A stretch of 64,000 nucleotides of DNA from Squalus acanthias (taxonomy: Eukaryota). Shown piece by piece: positions 23,336 through 36,057 of the stretch. Position numbers and translations under genes: made by a program. The notes beneath the pieces are model-generated. The model searched no databases. It had not been told where the DNA came from and worked only from the letters and a program-made list of their open reading frames with translations. The DNA lies in the NCBI GenBank assembly GCA_030390025.1, contig CM059445.1, positions 55,924,001-55,988,000 on the forward strand, in the 5' to 3' direction. Positions within the stretch are counted from its first letter, which is position 1. Each line of letters begins with the position of its first letter.

Positions 23336-23995
23336 CTTAATAAGCCATTGAGGGAGCCTGAAATGAATCTTTAAAAGACCTGAAGACATTAAAAGCTCCT
23401 TTTGCCCATTCCCACTGGGATACCACTTGCTACAGTAGATGTTCACAGTCCATGGCTATGATAAATGCTATCTTATTGGAATGACACCATATGGCATCTT
23501 TAGCAACAAAAGAGTTGAAGGGTAATGTATTCCTGTCTCTCAATGTGCCTTTTTCGCCCTCTCTGACAGTTATAATTCCGGAGATCCAAATGGGGTTACA
23601 AAATGAACAATCACAGCCCTGAAATTACCTTGTGGAAAACTAGCTTAACAGGGGTAATGTTCACCTTGACGCCTGGGGATAAAACTGGCATTGCGATCGG
23701 CTGCCTATTATAGAAAACGGCAATTTAACACGTGGACAATAAGCTGAAATTCCACACGTGTTTGTCAGAAATTCCGTCCCTGTTATTTTATTGGAGGTGT
23801 TTACTGGTTTATAAAAAATGGGTTACGTTTCCACTAATGTAAGGGATAAAGCAACTTCAGACAGACACAGTAAGAATTTGTATGTTGGTATCCTGTGACA
23901 GAATTATAAGGCTCATGAGACGATTAGCTTCATGGATGCGTGCTAAAAATGAAATCCATTGCAGCGTAAAGTTAACTTCTTATCTGTTCACGCAG

Positions 23996-24191
23996 AGTTT
24001 GCTTCGAATCAAAATCAGAACTGGACCTGGAGATCCTTGAAGAGAAGATAGATAATCTAACCATGGAGCTCGCCGCAGTCTTTGAGTCAGAGCAGAAGGG
24101 CCAGGAGAGCATGGTGGCTGTTTCAAAAATAAGAGCCTTCTTAAAAGAAATCGAAGAACTGGAAGCAGAATTAGCAAGCAGGAAAAAATGA
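23996..24191 (+). CDS. Uncharacterised gene A, last coding exon (coiled-coil C-terminus)
   Basis: tctgttcacgcAG acceptor; VCFESKSELDLEILEEKIDNLTMELAAVFESEQKGQESMVAVSKIRAFLKEIEELEAELASRKK then TGA. Confidence 0.75.
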
Positions 24192-24953
24192 ACTCTTCGC
24201 TCCTGTACTACCACACTGTATAAAATAATATGATAGATTCATAAGGAAAATGTTGTAGGGCTGTGGGGATAGAGCAGGGAAGTGGGACTAATTGGACAGC
24301 TCTTTTCAAAGAGCCGGCACTGGTGCGATGGAAGGATGCTGTATGATTCTATAATTCATCCAAAAGCAACCTATCTGCATGTTGAACCCCGGTGATTGAT
24401 TTTGCTCTTGTGCTATTCCCTGTCGTGGACCTTTCCTTTAAGGATTGGCTACTCGTCCAAAGGATCTCCCAACCATTGGACTGGAGGATTTCTGCTTCTG
24501 TGGAACACTGCCAACTCCAAACTCTGTGATCAATTACACCCACTCTTCGATGGAGAATTGCACTCATTTCCTCCCATCTACCGGTTTATACAACAACAAA
24601 CATCCATCCATTAGAAACAAAGCAATTAAACTTGAGATCAGCAATGACGCATCCAGGTTTTAGTTGGATATTATGTTACAGGACAACTTTACTTCTGAAG
24701 AGTCAACAAAAGGATTATTTCTCTCTTGCTACATGGTTTGATGTGTCTGAGTATCGCTTGACTTTGTTACTCTGTTCTGTGAATTCATTGCCTAAATGAA
24801 TATAATCTCTTACCCTTCTGCCTGTTTTGTTTGAAAATACTTTATTCATTTAGTTTGCATTTATTGACGCTTTGTGAGGCCTGGCCGTTTACTCAGCTTG
24901 CCGCGGGTTTTGTTGAAAATTCACTTTCATTTCTCCTGTGTTTTCAATGTATG

Positions 24954-24959
24954 AATAAA
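24954..24959 (+). terminator. Probable poly(A) signal of gene A
   Basis: AATAAA about 760 nt after the stop, in AT-rich unique sequence. Confidence 0.5.
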
Positions 24960-25296
24960 AGTGAAGTGATTTGATGTCAATTCATAAAACACTGTGCATT
25001 TCTGAATGCTTGAATTGATCTATAGTATTGCTTGTTGCTCTTTCGCCACATGGAGGCTCTGATTATGGTGAACATTTCAAATTCACAAGTGTCAAAAACC
25101 AATGAAAATATTTCTCAGAAAATATCTTCAACACAAGCAACTCCGTGTTGTTTTTATTAAACGGGATTAGTGTTTTTTATTTAGATTGGGCATTGTATGG
25201 TAATTTACTGCAACAAATGATGGTCAACATTCATCCCTCTTTGTTCTGCCACGGCTGTGTTTGCCTGGGCTACAAGCCAGCACAAATAGGTGAGCA

Positions 25297-25852
25297 GCTG
25301 CGTACAGTTTTGGTTTCCATATTTAAGAAAAGATATACTTGCTCTAGAGGCAGTTCAGAGAAGGTTCACTCGGTTGATTCTGGAGATGAGGGGGTTGACT
25401 TATGAGGACAGGTTGAGTAGGTTGGGCCTCTACTCATTGGAATACAGAAGAATGAGAGGCGATCTTATCGAAACATATAAGATTGTGAGGGGGCTTGATC
25501 GGGTGGATGCGGGGAGGATGTTTCCACTGATGGGTGAGACTAGAACTAGGGGGCATAATCTTAGAATAAGGGGCTGCCGTTTCAAAACTGAGACGAGGAG
25601 AAACTTCTTCACTCAGAGGGTAGTAAATCTATGGAATTTGCTACCTCAGAGAGCTGTGGAAGCTGCGACATTAAATAAATTTAAAACGGAGATAGACAGT
25701 TTCCTAGCTGATAAGGGAATTAAGGGTTATGGGGAGCGGGCAGGGAAGTGGACATGAGTCTAGGTTCGGATCAGCCATGATCCTATTGAATGGCGGAGCA
25801 GGCCCGAAGGGTCGTATGGCCTACTCCTGCTCCTACTTCTTATGTTCTTATG
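25297..25852 (+). mobile_element. CR1 LINE 3' fragment
   Basis: CVQFWFPYLRKDILALEAVQRRFTRLI ... tail. Confidence 0.9.
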
Positions 25853-26069
25853 CCTCCGCCATTGTTGCATTGGACTAGTGCTCGGAGGAGCGGAACTATT
25901 GAAGTATCTGCTACTGTACTATTCTTTTTGGTGTTGAGAAGTCAGCAATGTGGAAGACTGTGAATACAAAGCCAGACCCTACCACCATCATGCCAAGTTC
26001 TGACATCTTGTGTTATGAATGATCAATTTTGACTTGATTTAATAGAAGGGATTTATATATTTAATAATA

Positions 26070-26420
26070 AGAATTGACGGGGTAGATGCTGAGAGGCTGT
26101 TTCCCCCGGCTGGAGAGTCTAGAACTCGGGGTCACAGTCTCAGGATAAGGGGTCGGCCTTTTAAGACTGAGATGAGGAGAAATTTCTTCACTCAGAGGGT
26201 AGTGAATCTTTGGAATTCTCTACCCCAAAGGGCTGTGGATGCTCAGTCGTTAAGTATATTCAAGGCTGAGATAGATAGATTTTTGGACTCCAGGGGAATC
26301 AAGGAATATGGAGATCGGGTGGGAAAGCGGAGTTGAAGTCGAAGATCAGCCATGATCTTATTGAGCAGGCTTGAGGGGCCGTATGGCCTACTCCTGCTCT
26401 TATTTCTTATGTTCTTATGA
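26070..26420 (+). mobile_element. CR1 LINE 3' fragment
   Basis: ORF2 end and (TTCTTATG)n tail. Confidence 0.85.
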
Positions 26421-27187
26421 ACTACCACATTCAGTGCTGTGACGCTATGAAAACAAAACCACTGCTCTGCTGGTCCTACTGTTTTGGCTTTGGAGCAGAA
26501 GGTCAGTCTTTGGGTTTCAATCAAGCCGGTGGGTAGGATGGACAATGGAACCACTTTTTCTGATGAGCAATCTATCCCACATCTTCAATATTTCTCACAA
26601 GTAGACTCCTGAAGCCATACAGCAGTGACTGCATTTCAAAAGTAATTAATTAGCTGTTAAGTGCTTTGGGAATTCCTGAAGAGATGAAAGGCATGATCTA
26701 AATTGCAAGTTCTTTCTTTCTTACACCAGGCCAACAAAGATCCAACCCATCTGTTACATAGCAAAATATTTGGGTAGGAGAAGCCTGCCCACACAATAAT
26801 CCCTTCTTTCCTGCGCGATATCTCCATCTCATTTCAATTAACCTCGCATTCATACAGCACCTTGTCAGGTCCGCAGGATATCTGAAAGTACTTCCCAACC
26901 AATAAGTTATGTTTGTAGTGCAATCACTGTTGTGTAGGTAAACATGCCATTGCAAGGTTCCAGAAACTGCAAATGAGATACATGCCCAGTTCATCTGTTT
27001 TTGGTGGTGTTGACTGAGGGACAAATGTTGACCAGGACACCGGCATAACTCTGCTTTTCAAATGGTGCCACGGGATCTTGAACGACCAGTCGGGGCCTCA
27101 GTTTAACAGCTCATCCAAAAGTAGTTCGCAACCACAACTTGTATTTATACAGTCACTTTAATACAGAAAACATCCCATGGCACTTTA

Positions 27188-27655
27188 AAAGAAAGAAAAG
27201 ACTTGCATTTATCTGGCGCCTTTCACGACCACCAGATGTCCCAAAACGCTTTACAGCCAATGAAGTACTTTTTGAAGTGTAGTCGCTGTTGTAATGTGGA
27301 AACGCAGCCGCCAATTTGCAAACACAGCAAGCTCCCACAAACAGCAATGTGATAATGATCAGATAATCTGTTTTTGTGATGTTGGTTGAGGGATAAATAT
27401 TGGCCCCAGGACACCAGGGATAAACTCCCCTGCTCTTCTTTGAAATAGCGCCATGGGATCTTTTACGTCCACTTGGGAGGGCAGAAGGGACTTCCAAAAG
27501 ACGGCACCTCTGACAGTGCGGCACTCCCTTGGTACTGTACTGGGAGTGTCAGTCTAGATTCTTTTGTGCTCAAGTCCCTGAAGTGGGGACTTGAACCCAC
27601 AAACCTTCTGACTCAGAGGCGAGAGAGTGGTACCCACTGAGCCACTGGCTGACAA
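27188..27655 (-). mobile_element. Deu-domain SINE
   Basis: full-length, matches 3603-4068. Confidence 0.85.
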
Positions 27656-27779
27656 CAACTGAGCAGCCCCTCCAAGTAGTGGAAGAGGGGCTGCAAGCTC
27701 TCGCACTCTGCGTATACGTGGGAGTTTGCCCTGCTCAGCCAGCAACAGCAAGAGCAAGAGCCACCTGCCAGAAGACTTT

Positions 27780-29845
27780 CGAAGGTTAAGGGGTGATCTG
27801 ATCGACGTTTTCAAAGATATTAAGGGGAACAGATAGGGTAGATAGAGGGAAACTATCTCCACTCGTTGGGGGTTCTAGGACTAGGGGACATAGTCTAAAA
27901 TATAAAGCCAGACCTTTCAGGAGTGAAATTAGGAAACACTTCTACACACAAAGGGTGGTAGAAGTTTGGAACTCTCTTCCGCAAACGGCAATTGATGCTA
28001 GACTACTGAGGAGGACTGCAACAAATTACTAATAAACTTGCAGAATGGGCATATAATTGGCAAATGAAGTTCAACACAGATAAATGTGAGGTATTACATT
28101 TTGGTAGGAAGAATAGGGAGGTCACTTATTACTTGGAGGGTGCGAGTCTAGGTGGGGTAGAGGAACAAAGGGATCTCGGAGTACAAATACACAAATCACT
28201 AAAAGTTGCGACGCAGGTTAGCAAGGCCATAAAAAAAGCAAACCAAGCACGAGGGTTTATTTCTAGAGGTATAGAATTGAAAAGTAGGGAAGTTGTGCTA
28301 AACCTGTATTGAACCTTGGTTAGACCACACTTAGAGTACTGTGTATTGTTCTGGTCGCCATATTATAAAAAGGATATAGAGGCACTGGAGAAAGTCCAGA
28401 GAAGATTTACAAGGATGATACCAGAAATGCGAGGGTATACATATCAGGAAAGGACGAACAGGCTGGGTCTCTTGTCTCTTGAAAATAGAGGTCTTTAAAT
28501 TTATGAAAAGTTTTGATAGAGTGGATAAAGAGAGAATGGGCTGGATTTTGATACTCAGGTTGGGTTGCTGTCGTGAATCACACATTCTGGCTTGTAAACC
28601 CGCCTCCATCGACTTGTGGCCAACCCACTGTATTTTCCCTTGATTGACCTTGTTGAGCCCGCCCAGCGAGCTCAGCAGGCCAATTAAGGGCCACCCGGCA
28701 ACAGGTGACGTCACAGATTGACATTTTATCTGTCAAGAGCTTTTGACAGCTCTGTGAAGCTGTCAAACACTGACAATATGATTTCTAACTTGAGTCCTTC
28801 CTCTCAGGCTGAGTTAGAAATCATTCCACCACAGAAAACAGAAGGCTGCAGTTTTTGACAGGACCACGGCTTTTCTGCTTTCTGTGCCGGTGAGATTTCT
28901 GACTCCCGAGAACTGAAGGGCTGACACCTGCAGGAGGAAGTTAAGGTAAGTAAAACTTTTTCCCACACTTAGCACTTACCTTACACACTTACCTCTGCAC
29001 ACATGCACCCATCACTCACCTGCCCACCGGACATATCGACCCCTCCAACCCCTGCAGACCCACGGTCCGCCCCGATAACTTGGCGTGGTTGCCACCTGTC
29101 GGGAAGCCCACATTTCACCCTTTAAAATAGGGATTAGGCAAAAAACTGCCTGTTAACTACCTGTTAACAGGCAGTTAATTGTCACTAATCCCTTCCCGCC
29201 TCGGGGAGTCGGGTCTCAGCACAGGTCGGGTACCCGCCGCCAGCGAAACTGGCATGGAGGCGGGATGGGGTCGGGATGGGGTCGCGACCCCCGAATCTGC
29301 AACTTTAACCCCCCACACGCCTCCAAACCCGACTCCACGGGTCATTGAAAATCCAGCCCAATGTTTCTACTTGTGGGGAAGAGCGTAACTGAGGCCATCA
29401 ATATAAGATAGTCACCAAGAAATCCAATAGGGAATTCAGAAGAAACTTCTTTACCCAGAGAGTGGTGAGAATGTGGAACTCGCTCCCACAGGGAGTGGTT
29501 GAAGCGAATACTATAGATGCCTTTAAGGGGAGGCTGGACAAGCATATGAGGGAAAAGGGAATAGAGGGTGATGCTGATAGATTTAAATGAGGAAAGACGG
29601 GAGGAGGCTCGAGTGGAGCATAAACACCGGTGTGGACAGGTTGGGCCGAATGGCCTGTTTCTGTGCCGTATATCCTGTGTAGATCAATTGTTAATTTTAA
29701 ATCGGAGATCAATAGATTTCTGTTAACCAAAGGTAGTAAGGGATATGGGGCAAAGACGGGTTTAGGTCGCAGATCAGCCATGATCTCATTGAACGGCGGA
29801 GCAGACTCGAGGGGCTGAATGGCCTCCTCCTGCTCCTATGTTCCT
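27780..29845 (+). mobile_element. CR1 LINE with a second CR1 inserted (about 28001-29680), itself carrying a MITE
   Basis: KFNTDKCEVLHFG and VRPHLEYC remnants; outer copy resumes at about 29681. Confidence 0.8.
28538..29359. mobile_element. PIF/Harbinger-like MITE
   Basis: TIR GGGCTGGATTTT / AAAATCCAGCCC, TSD AAT; inverted homologue of 4617-5462. Confidence 0.8.
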
Positions 29846-29884
29846 CTATTTCCGAAGACAGGCTCAGGAAACAGATAAAGAAAG

Positions 29885-30172
29885 ACTACAATTCCCGGCG
29901 TGCCTTCGCGCGCGCAGGCGCAGTTCGCGGCTGGCGGGGAGAGCCGCCGCGCAGGCGCAGTTTCCGGGAGAACCGCCGCGCAGGCGCAGTTTCCGGCTGG
30001 CGGGAGAGACGCCGCGCAGGCGCGCTGAGATGGCGGCGCGCCTGCGCAGACGCCCGCCGGGGCCTACCCCTCAGGCCTCGGGCTGTCGCTGCCAGCTCGG
30101 GAGCGGTGGGATGAGGCACGACGGCTCGCCGTTTCTCTCCCGTCAGACTCGTTAGGCTTGGGGTTTTTGCAG
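29885..30172 (+). promoter_or_regulatory. DPAGT1: DPAGT1 CpG-rich promoter and probable non-coding first exon
   Basis: CpG-dense; ACTACAATTCCC (ZNF143/SBS-type) at 29885; repeated GCGCAGGCGC (NRF1-type); AGATGGCGGC (YY1-type) at 30028; donor gcag|GTaggc at 30172/30173. Confidence 0.75.
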
Positions 30173-30277
30173 GTAGGCTCCGACACACCCGGAATCTCAC
30201 GTTCAAAAAGGTTTCCTCACTCCCACTCCCCTTCAATAAAATGAACTAAAACTTTTATTTTATTTTTTTCCCCTCAG

Positions 30278-30432
30278 ATGTCGGGCCTGCCCGCCCTCCC
30301 GCTGCTGATCAACCTGAGCTGCTCGGTGCTGGGCTTCCTGGGCACTGCCGTCCTCATCCCGGCCTTCAGGGAGCATTTCATCGCAGCCAGGCTCTATGGC
30401 ATTGACCTCAACAAAAGCTCCAAACAGCAGAT
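30278..30432 (+). CDS. DPAGT1: UDP-GlcNAc:dolichyl-phosphate GlcNAc-1-phosphotransferase, coding exon 1
   Basis: ATG directly after ccctcAG; [51 protein letters not shown] matches the DPAGT1 N-terminus; donor at|GTgagt. Confidence 0.95.
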
Positions 30433-30487
30433 GTGAGTATGGAGAAGCAAGGGCTCAAAGTGACAGAAAAAAAAAAGAAAGGACTTG

Positions 30488-30957
30488 TGTCAGCTGTGGC
30501 TCAGTGGGCAGCACTCTCCCCTCTGAGTCAGAAGGTTGTGGGTTCAAGTCCCACTCCAGAGACTTGAGCACCAAAATCTAGGCTGACACTCCCAGTGCAG
30601 TGCTGAGGGAGTGCTGCACTGTCTGAGGTGCCGTCTTTCGGATGAGACGTTAAACCGAGGCCCCGTCTGCTCTCTCAGGTGGACGTAAAAGATCCCACGG
30701 CAGGCACTATTTCGAAGAAGAGCAGGGGAGTTCTCCCCGGTGCCCTGGCCAATATTTATCCCATAATCAACATCACTAAAACAGATTATCTGGTCATTAT
30801 CACATCACTGTTTGTGGGAGCTTGCTGTGCTCAAGTTGGCCTCCGCGTTTCCCACATTACAACATTCACTGCACTTCAAAAGTACTTCATTGGCTGTAAA
30901 GCACTTTGAGACGTCCGGTGGCCGTGAAAGTCGCTATATAAATACAAGTCTTTCTTT
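30488..30957 (+). mobile_element. Deu-domain SINE in DPAGT1 intron
   Basis: A box TGGCTCAGTGG, B box GGTTCAAGTCC, Deu core, tail ataaatacaagtctttcttt. Confidence 0.88.
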
Positions 30958-31496
30958 AGACAGCACCTCAGGACGTCCCAAAGCTCTTTACAGCTGATGA
31001 AGTACTTTATTTTTTTTTAAAAAAGTGTAGTCACTGTTCCAATGTAGAGAAATGCAAGACAAACAAGCTAGCACAGAGTAAGACAGTTTTAAACACCAAG
31101 CTTTAGAGAACTATGTGAAACTGCTGGTAACAGAACAGATTATCTGGTCAGTATCACGTTGCTGTTTGTGGGAGCTTGCTGTGCGTAAATTGGCTGCCGT
31201 GTTTCCCACATTACAACAGTGACTACACTCCAAAAAGTACTTCATTGGTTGTAAAGCGCTTTGAGACGTCCTGAGAAGACCAATGCAAGTCTTTCTTTAA
31301 GTTTCCCGCTGCCAACTGACAAAAATATTTTATTATTTTAATATTTCCCGACTAATCACAAAGCTGCAAGTAACTGGCATTTGTATTGACAATGAATTCC
31401 TCATCACACAACCTTTGCTAATATGTATCTGTTAAACCATTTAAAGATCCAGGCTCCTTTTAAAAATACTTTCAATGTACACCACTCTCCTTTTAG

Positions 31497-31958
31497 AAAA
31501 GTCTTGCATTTCTATAGCGCCTTTCACGACCTCAGGACGTCCCAAAGCGCTTTTCAGCAAATGAAGTACTTTTTCTTTTGAAGTGTAGTCACTTGTAATG
31601 TAGGAAATGCGGCAGCCAATTTGCGCAGAGCAAGCTCCCACAAACAGCAATAATGACCAGATAATCTGTTTTTTTTAGTGATTTTGATTGAGGGATAAAT
31701 ATTGGCCCCAAGACACCAGGGATAACTCCCCTGCTCTTCTTAGAAATAGTGCGATGGGATCTTCTATATCCACCTGAGAGGGCAGGCGGGGGCCTCGGTT
31801 TAACATCTCATCCACAAGATGGCACCTCTGACAGTGCAGCACTCCCTCAGTACTGCACTAGAGTGTCAGCCCGGATTTTTGTGCTCTGGAGTGGGACTTG
31901 AACCCACAACCTTCTGACTCGGCGGCGTGGGTGCTACCAACTGAGCTATGGCTGACAC
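31497..31958 (-). mobile_element. Deu-domain SINE in DPAGT1 intron (inverted relative to 30488 copy)
   Basis: reverse complement of the same consensus. Confidence 0.88.
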
Positions 31959-32246
31959 TTTGCGGCATCACGCAGCCAGTGAAATGATAGCTTTGCACCA
32001 CTGGCGGCCGTCCTGTTTGTCAAATTACTGAAGCAAGGTACGATCAAAAAGAAAACTGCAGTGTTTCCCAAAGCAATAGGCGATAAATTTGCTTCACGGT
32101 TAGGCAGCCAGCCCTGATCACTCTGTAAAATTGAACTTGTGCTTGGGTCAACTTGATGTCTCAGTCCAAAGCTGATTGTTAAAGACTGACTTCATTCTGT
32201 TGCATTTCCTGCATTCCTGGTAAATTTCTGCTCGTTTGTCTCGCAG

Positions 32247-32367
32247 CCCAGAATCCCAAGGAGTAATCAGCGGTGTCGTCTTCCTCATTATTCTTTTCTG
32301 TTTCATCCCTGTTCCTTTCCTGCACTGCTGGGCGAAGGAGCAGTGCGTCAGCTTTCCCCATGATGTG
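32247..32367 (+). CDS. DPAGT1: DPAGT1 coding exon 2
   Basis: [40 protein letters not shown]; AG/GT boundaries; 121 nt. Confidence 0.96.
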
Positions 32368-32659
32368 GTAAGTGATCTCCTTCCCTATCAAATAATACCC
32401 TGTCTATGGACTGCTAGTGCACCCCATAGCTAGTTTTAGTACAGTGGTTCTGATTTGGACAGAGTTACCCTGTATGTAACACACTTTAAGAGGAGTGGGT
32501 GACATATCTGGAATTCATACGTGATCTCCCCAGACTGGCTGAGCATTTTCAATCCAACCTTAACTGACGTTTACTTTAACATTACCTCCATTGTTAATCT
32601 CATCACTGTGAGATTAACTGCCATGTTTTCCAAAAACTATACGTGCAAGAGATCACCTT

Positions 32660-33658
32660 CAATCATCTCAGCCCCAGGACATCGCTGCAGGAGTTCCTCA
32701 GGGCAGTGTCCTAGGCCCAACCATCTTCAGCTGCTTCATCAATGACCTTTCCTCCATCATAAAGTCAGAAGTGGTGATGTTCGCAGTGTTCAGTTCCATT
32801 CGCAACTCCTCAGATAGTGAAGTAGTCGGTGCCCGCATGGGCTGGGCTTGGGCTGATAAGTGGCAAGTAACATTCGCGCCACACAAGTGCCAGGCAATAA
32901 CCATCTCCAACAAGAGAGAGTCTAGCCACCTCACCTTGACATTCAGCTGGATTACCATCGCCGAATCCCCCACCATCAACATCCTGGGAGTCACCATTGA
33001 CCAGAAACTTAACTGGACCAGCCACATAAATACTGTGGCTACAAGAGCAGGTCAGAGGCTGGGTATTCTGCGGCAAGTGACTCACCTCCTGACTCCCAAA
33101 ACCTTTTCACCATCTACAAGGCACAAGTCAGGAGTGTGACGGAATACTCTCCACTTGCCTGGATGAGTGCAGCTCCAACAACACTCAAGAAGCTCGACTC
33201 CATCCAGGACAAAGCAGCCCACTTGATTAGCACCCCATCCACCACCTTAGAAGATTCACTCCCTCCACCACCGGCCTACTGTGGCTGCAGTGTGTACCAT
33301 CTACAAGATGCACTGCAGCAACTCACCAAGGCTTCTTCGGCAGCACCTCCCAAATCCGTGACCTCTACCACCTAGAAGGACAAGGGCAGCAGGCGCATGG
33401 GAACACCACCACCTCCAAGTTCCCCTCCAAGTCACACACCATCCTGATTTGGAAATATATCGCCGTTCCTTCATCGTTGCTGGGTCAAAATCCTGGAACT
33501 CCCTCCGTAACAGGACTGTGGGAGTACCTTCACCACATGGACTGCAGCGGTTCAAGAAGGCGGCTCACCACCACCTTCTCAAGGGCAATTAGGGATGGGC
33601 AATAAATGCCAGCCTTGCCAGTGACCCCCACATCTCGGGAACGAATATAAAAAAAAAA
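32660..33658 (+). mobile_element. CR1/L2-group non-LTR retrotransposon 3' fragment with poly(A)
   Basis: WADKWQVTFAPHKCQ, ILGVTIDQKLNWTSHI, EYSPLAW RT C-terminal motifs; antisense tails at about 13060, 37327, 43622 and 44017. Confidence 0.85.
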
Positions 33659-34622
33659 GTAATCTTCCTTGTAACAATAACTTGGAACGAGAAAAGATCA
33701 TTTGGGCCTTCGAGAATGCTCCATCCACAGACCATGGACTCCTGTGCTCCAATTCCCAGCAATTACATTATTAAAACCAGCTCCCTTAACCTGACAGTTT
33801 TGTGCATCCACAGTTCTGACGTTTGGATAATGGAACTGATATTAGCAATACACAGACATCACTCTCCCACCATTCAAACATGCAGAAGCCTCGAGATCAG
33901 TTGCATCCCTTGGCATGATACTGCAGAGGCTCAGGGACCATTATGTTGCCCCCAACATTTGATTGTCCCTATCGTATTTACCTTTATAACATTCAATCCT
34001 GTCCCGAACCATAAGTTGCAGCTTTTTAAATGTGTTAATCGGCAAAGGATTAACTGGGAGTCTTATTGAATATATCCACAGCCCTGTGAGGAATAAAGTT
34101 CCATTCTGCTGTTCTTGTGAAAACAGGTTTGTTCTCGTTCTAAGACAAGTTTGCAGTCATTTTGGCCAAGCTTTTGGTCACCTGTCCTAATATCTCTTTA
34201 TGTAGCTCAGTGTCAAATTTTATCTGATTAGGGTCCTGTGAAGCGGCTTGGGACATTTTACTACATTAATGGCGGTACATAAATGCAGGTTGTTGTCACG
34301 GCATTTGAAATCACTTATTCTTTTCACCCCCCCCCCCACCAAAAAAATCATCTTTAATAGTTTACATTGGTCTCAATAAATATCAAACCAATTGCAAAAA
34401 CACAGCATGTGGAACAGACACATTTTGCCCAAAGTGCAGTAAATTGGTGTGCCAGTGCACTGTGCCATGGAGCGTCTTACAAATCCCCACATAATGTCCA
34501 GACTCCGGTGAGCTGTCCAGAAAGACCGAGAATGGAAACCAGAAACTGAGACAAGGTAGCTAAATTGCTTTAATGTACTACAATAGCAAAATACTGCGGA
34601 TGCTGGAAACTGCTTCAGTGTA

Positions 34623-35057
34623 CAGGAAACTCTTTATTAACCAGCACCGACGGGACCGGCGTGGTGCCGGTTTATCAAAAAGTCCGGATAACGGAGAGTT
34701 ATATCTACCAACGTACGAGAGCCCCGTACACATTGACATGCGCCTGCATTCGGAGCTCCGTCTCCCCGGGGACCGCCAGCTGACCATCTGTCGTGTGCGC
34801 AGATTCTACCAGCACAGACCGACAAACTGGGACATGGCAGCGGCTCAAGCCCTTTATTCCCCTTCCCCCGCTGCCTACCCGGGCTGCACATTCCCCTCCC
34901 AATCTACACGCTCCGATACAAGGCAAACGCCTCGGGGTTTTTTTTAAAGTTAATCTTAAACGAGAGATGAAGGAAAACCCCGGTTACCTACTCAAGAATT
35001 TTGCCGGTTAAGAGAGATTTCCGGATATTTGGGTGCCGGTTAATAAAGAGTTTCCTG
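34623..35057. mobile_element. Tc1/mariner (pogo/Tigger-like) MITE
   Basis: TIR CAGGAAACTCTTTATTAACC / GGTTAATAAAGAGTTTCCTG, TA TSD. Confidence 0.82.
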
Positions 35058-35228
35058 TACTTCCTTGCAGTCTTCCTAAGCAGCTGGCAGCAGCAGCGTG
35101 AACAGATCCTGCCTTTTCAGGGAGGTTGTGACGTGTGTCGCAAGAAAGAGAGACGAAAGCTTTTGCGGAAAGTCAGCGCAGTACAAATCTAGTATTGAAA
35201 ATGTTTTTTTTTTGAGTTCATGCTGTAA

Positions 35229-35474
<246 letters not shown>

Positions 35475-35644
35475 TAGAGCTTGGCGTTCACTACCTGCTG
35501 GCAGCTTTATCATAGTTGCTGGCCAGCTAAAGGAAAACAGGAGTTTAGTTGACGTACCAACCTATTCTGTCTGTTGCTTTGCGAGTTGGTGACAAACAAA
35601 CAAATAATTTCTGTATGCCTGATCTGTAGTATTTTCTGGTACTA

Positions 35645-36057
35645 CAGGAAACTTTCGTTTATCCGGCATCGACGGGACCGGCGTGGTGCCAGTTTATCGA
35701 AAGTACCGGATAACGGAGAGTTATATCTACCGAGGCTATTTTTAACAAAGAGACTCCAGGCAGCGCGGGAGAATCAACTCCTGCTACTGCAGTGTTTCGG
35801 ACTTCCGACAGCGCCAGGAGGCCGAGTAGTGGCACTTTTGAAAAGTACCCCTACTGACTAAATCGGCGTTCGCGGACTCGTGATCGGCAACATTGCCGGT
35901 TATTTGAGAGGAGTTTTCGGAGCGCTCGGCGTTCGCGGAGACTCGACTGCGACTCGGCAACATTGCCGGTTATTTGAGAGGAGTTTTCGGAGGATGATTT
36001 TTGCCGGTTAAGCGAGAATTCCGGATATTTGGGTGCCGGATAAACGAAAGTTTCCTG
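35645..36057. mobile_element. Tc1/mariner (pogo/Tigger-like) MITE, sister subfamily
   Basis: TIR CAGGAAACTTTCGTTTATCCGGCA / TGCCGGATAAACGAAAGTTTCCTG, TA TSD; internal ~65-bp tandem duplication. Confidence 0.82.

Noticed and set aside
22535-23374. Long Cys/Tyr/Val-rich repetitive ORFs, or a CRISPR-like array
   Set aside because: 28-bp tandem repeat with no unique spacers, intronic, eukaryotic context.
30493-30560. tRNA gene
   Set aside because: A and B boxes belong to a SINE head that continues into the Deu domain.
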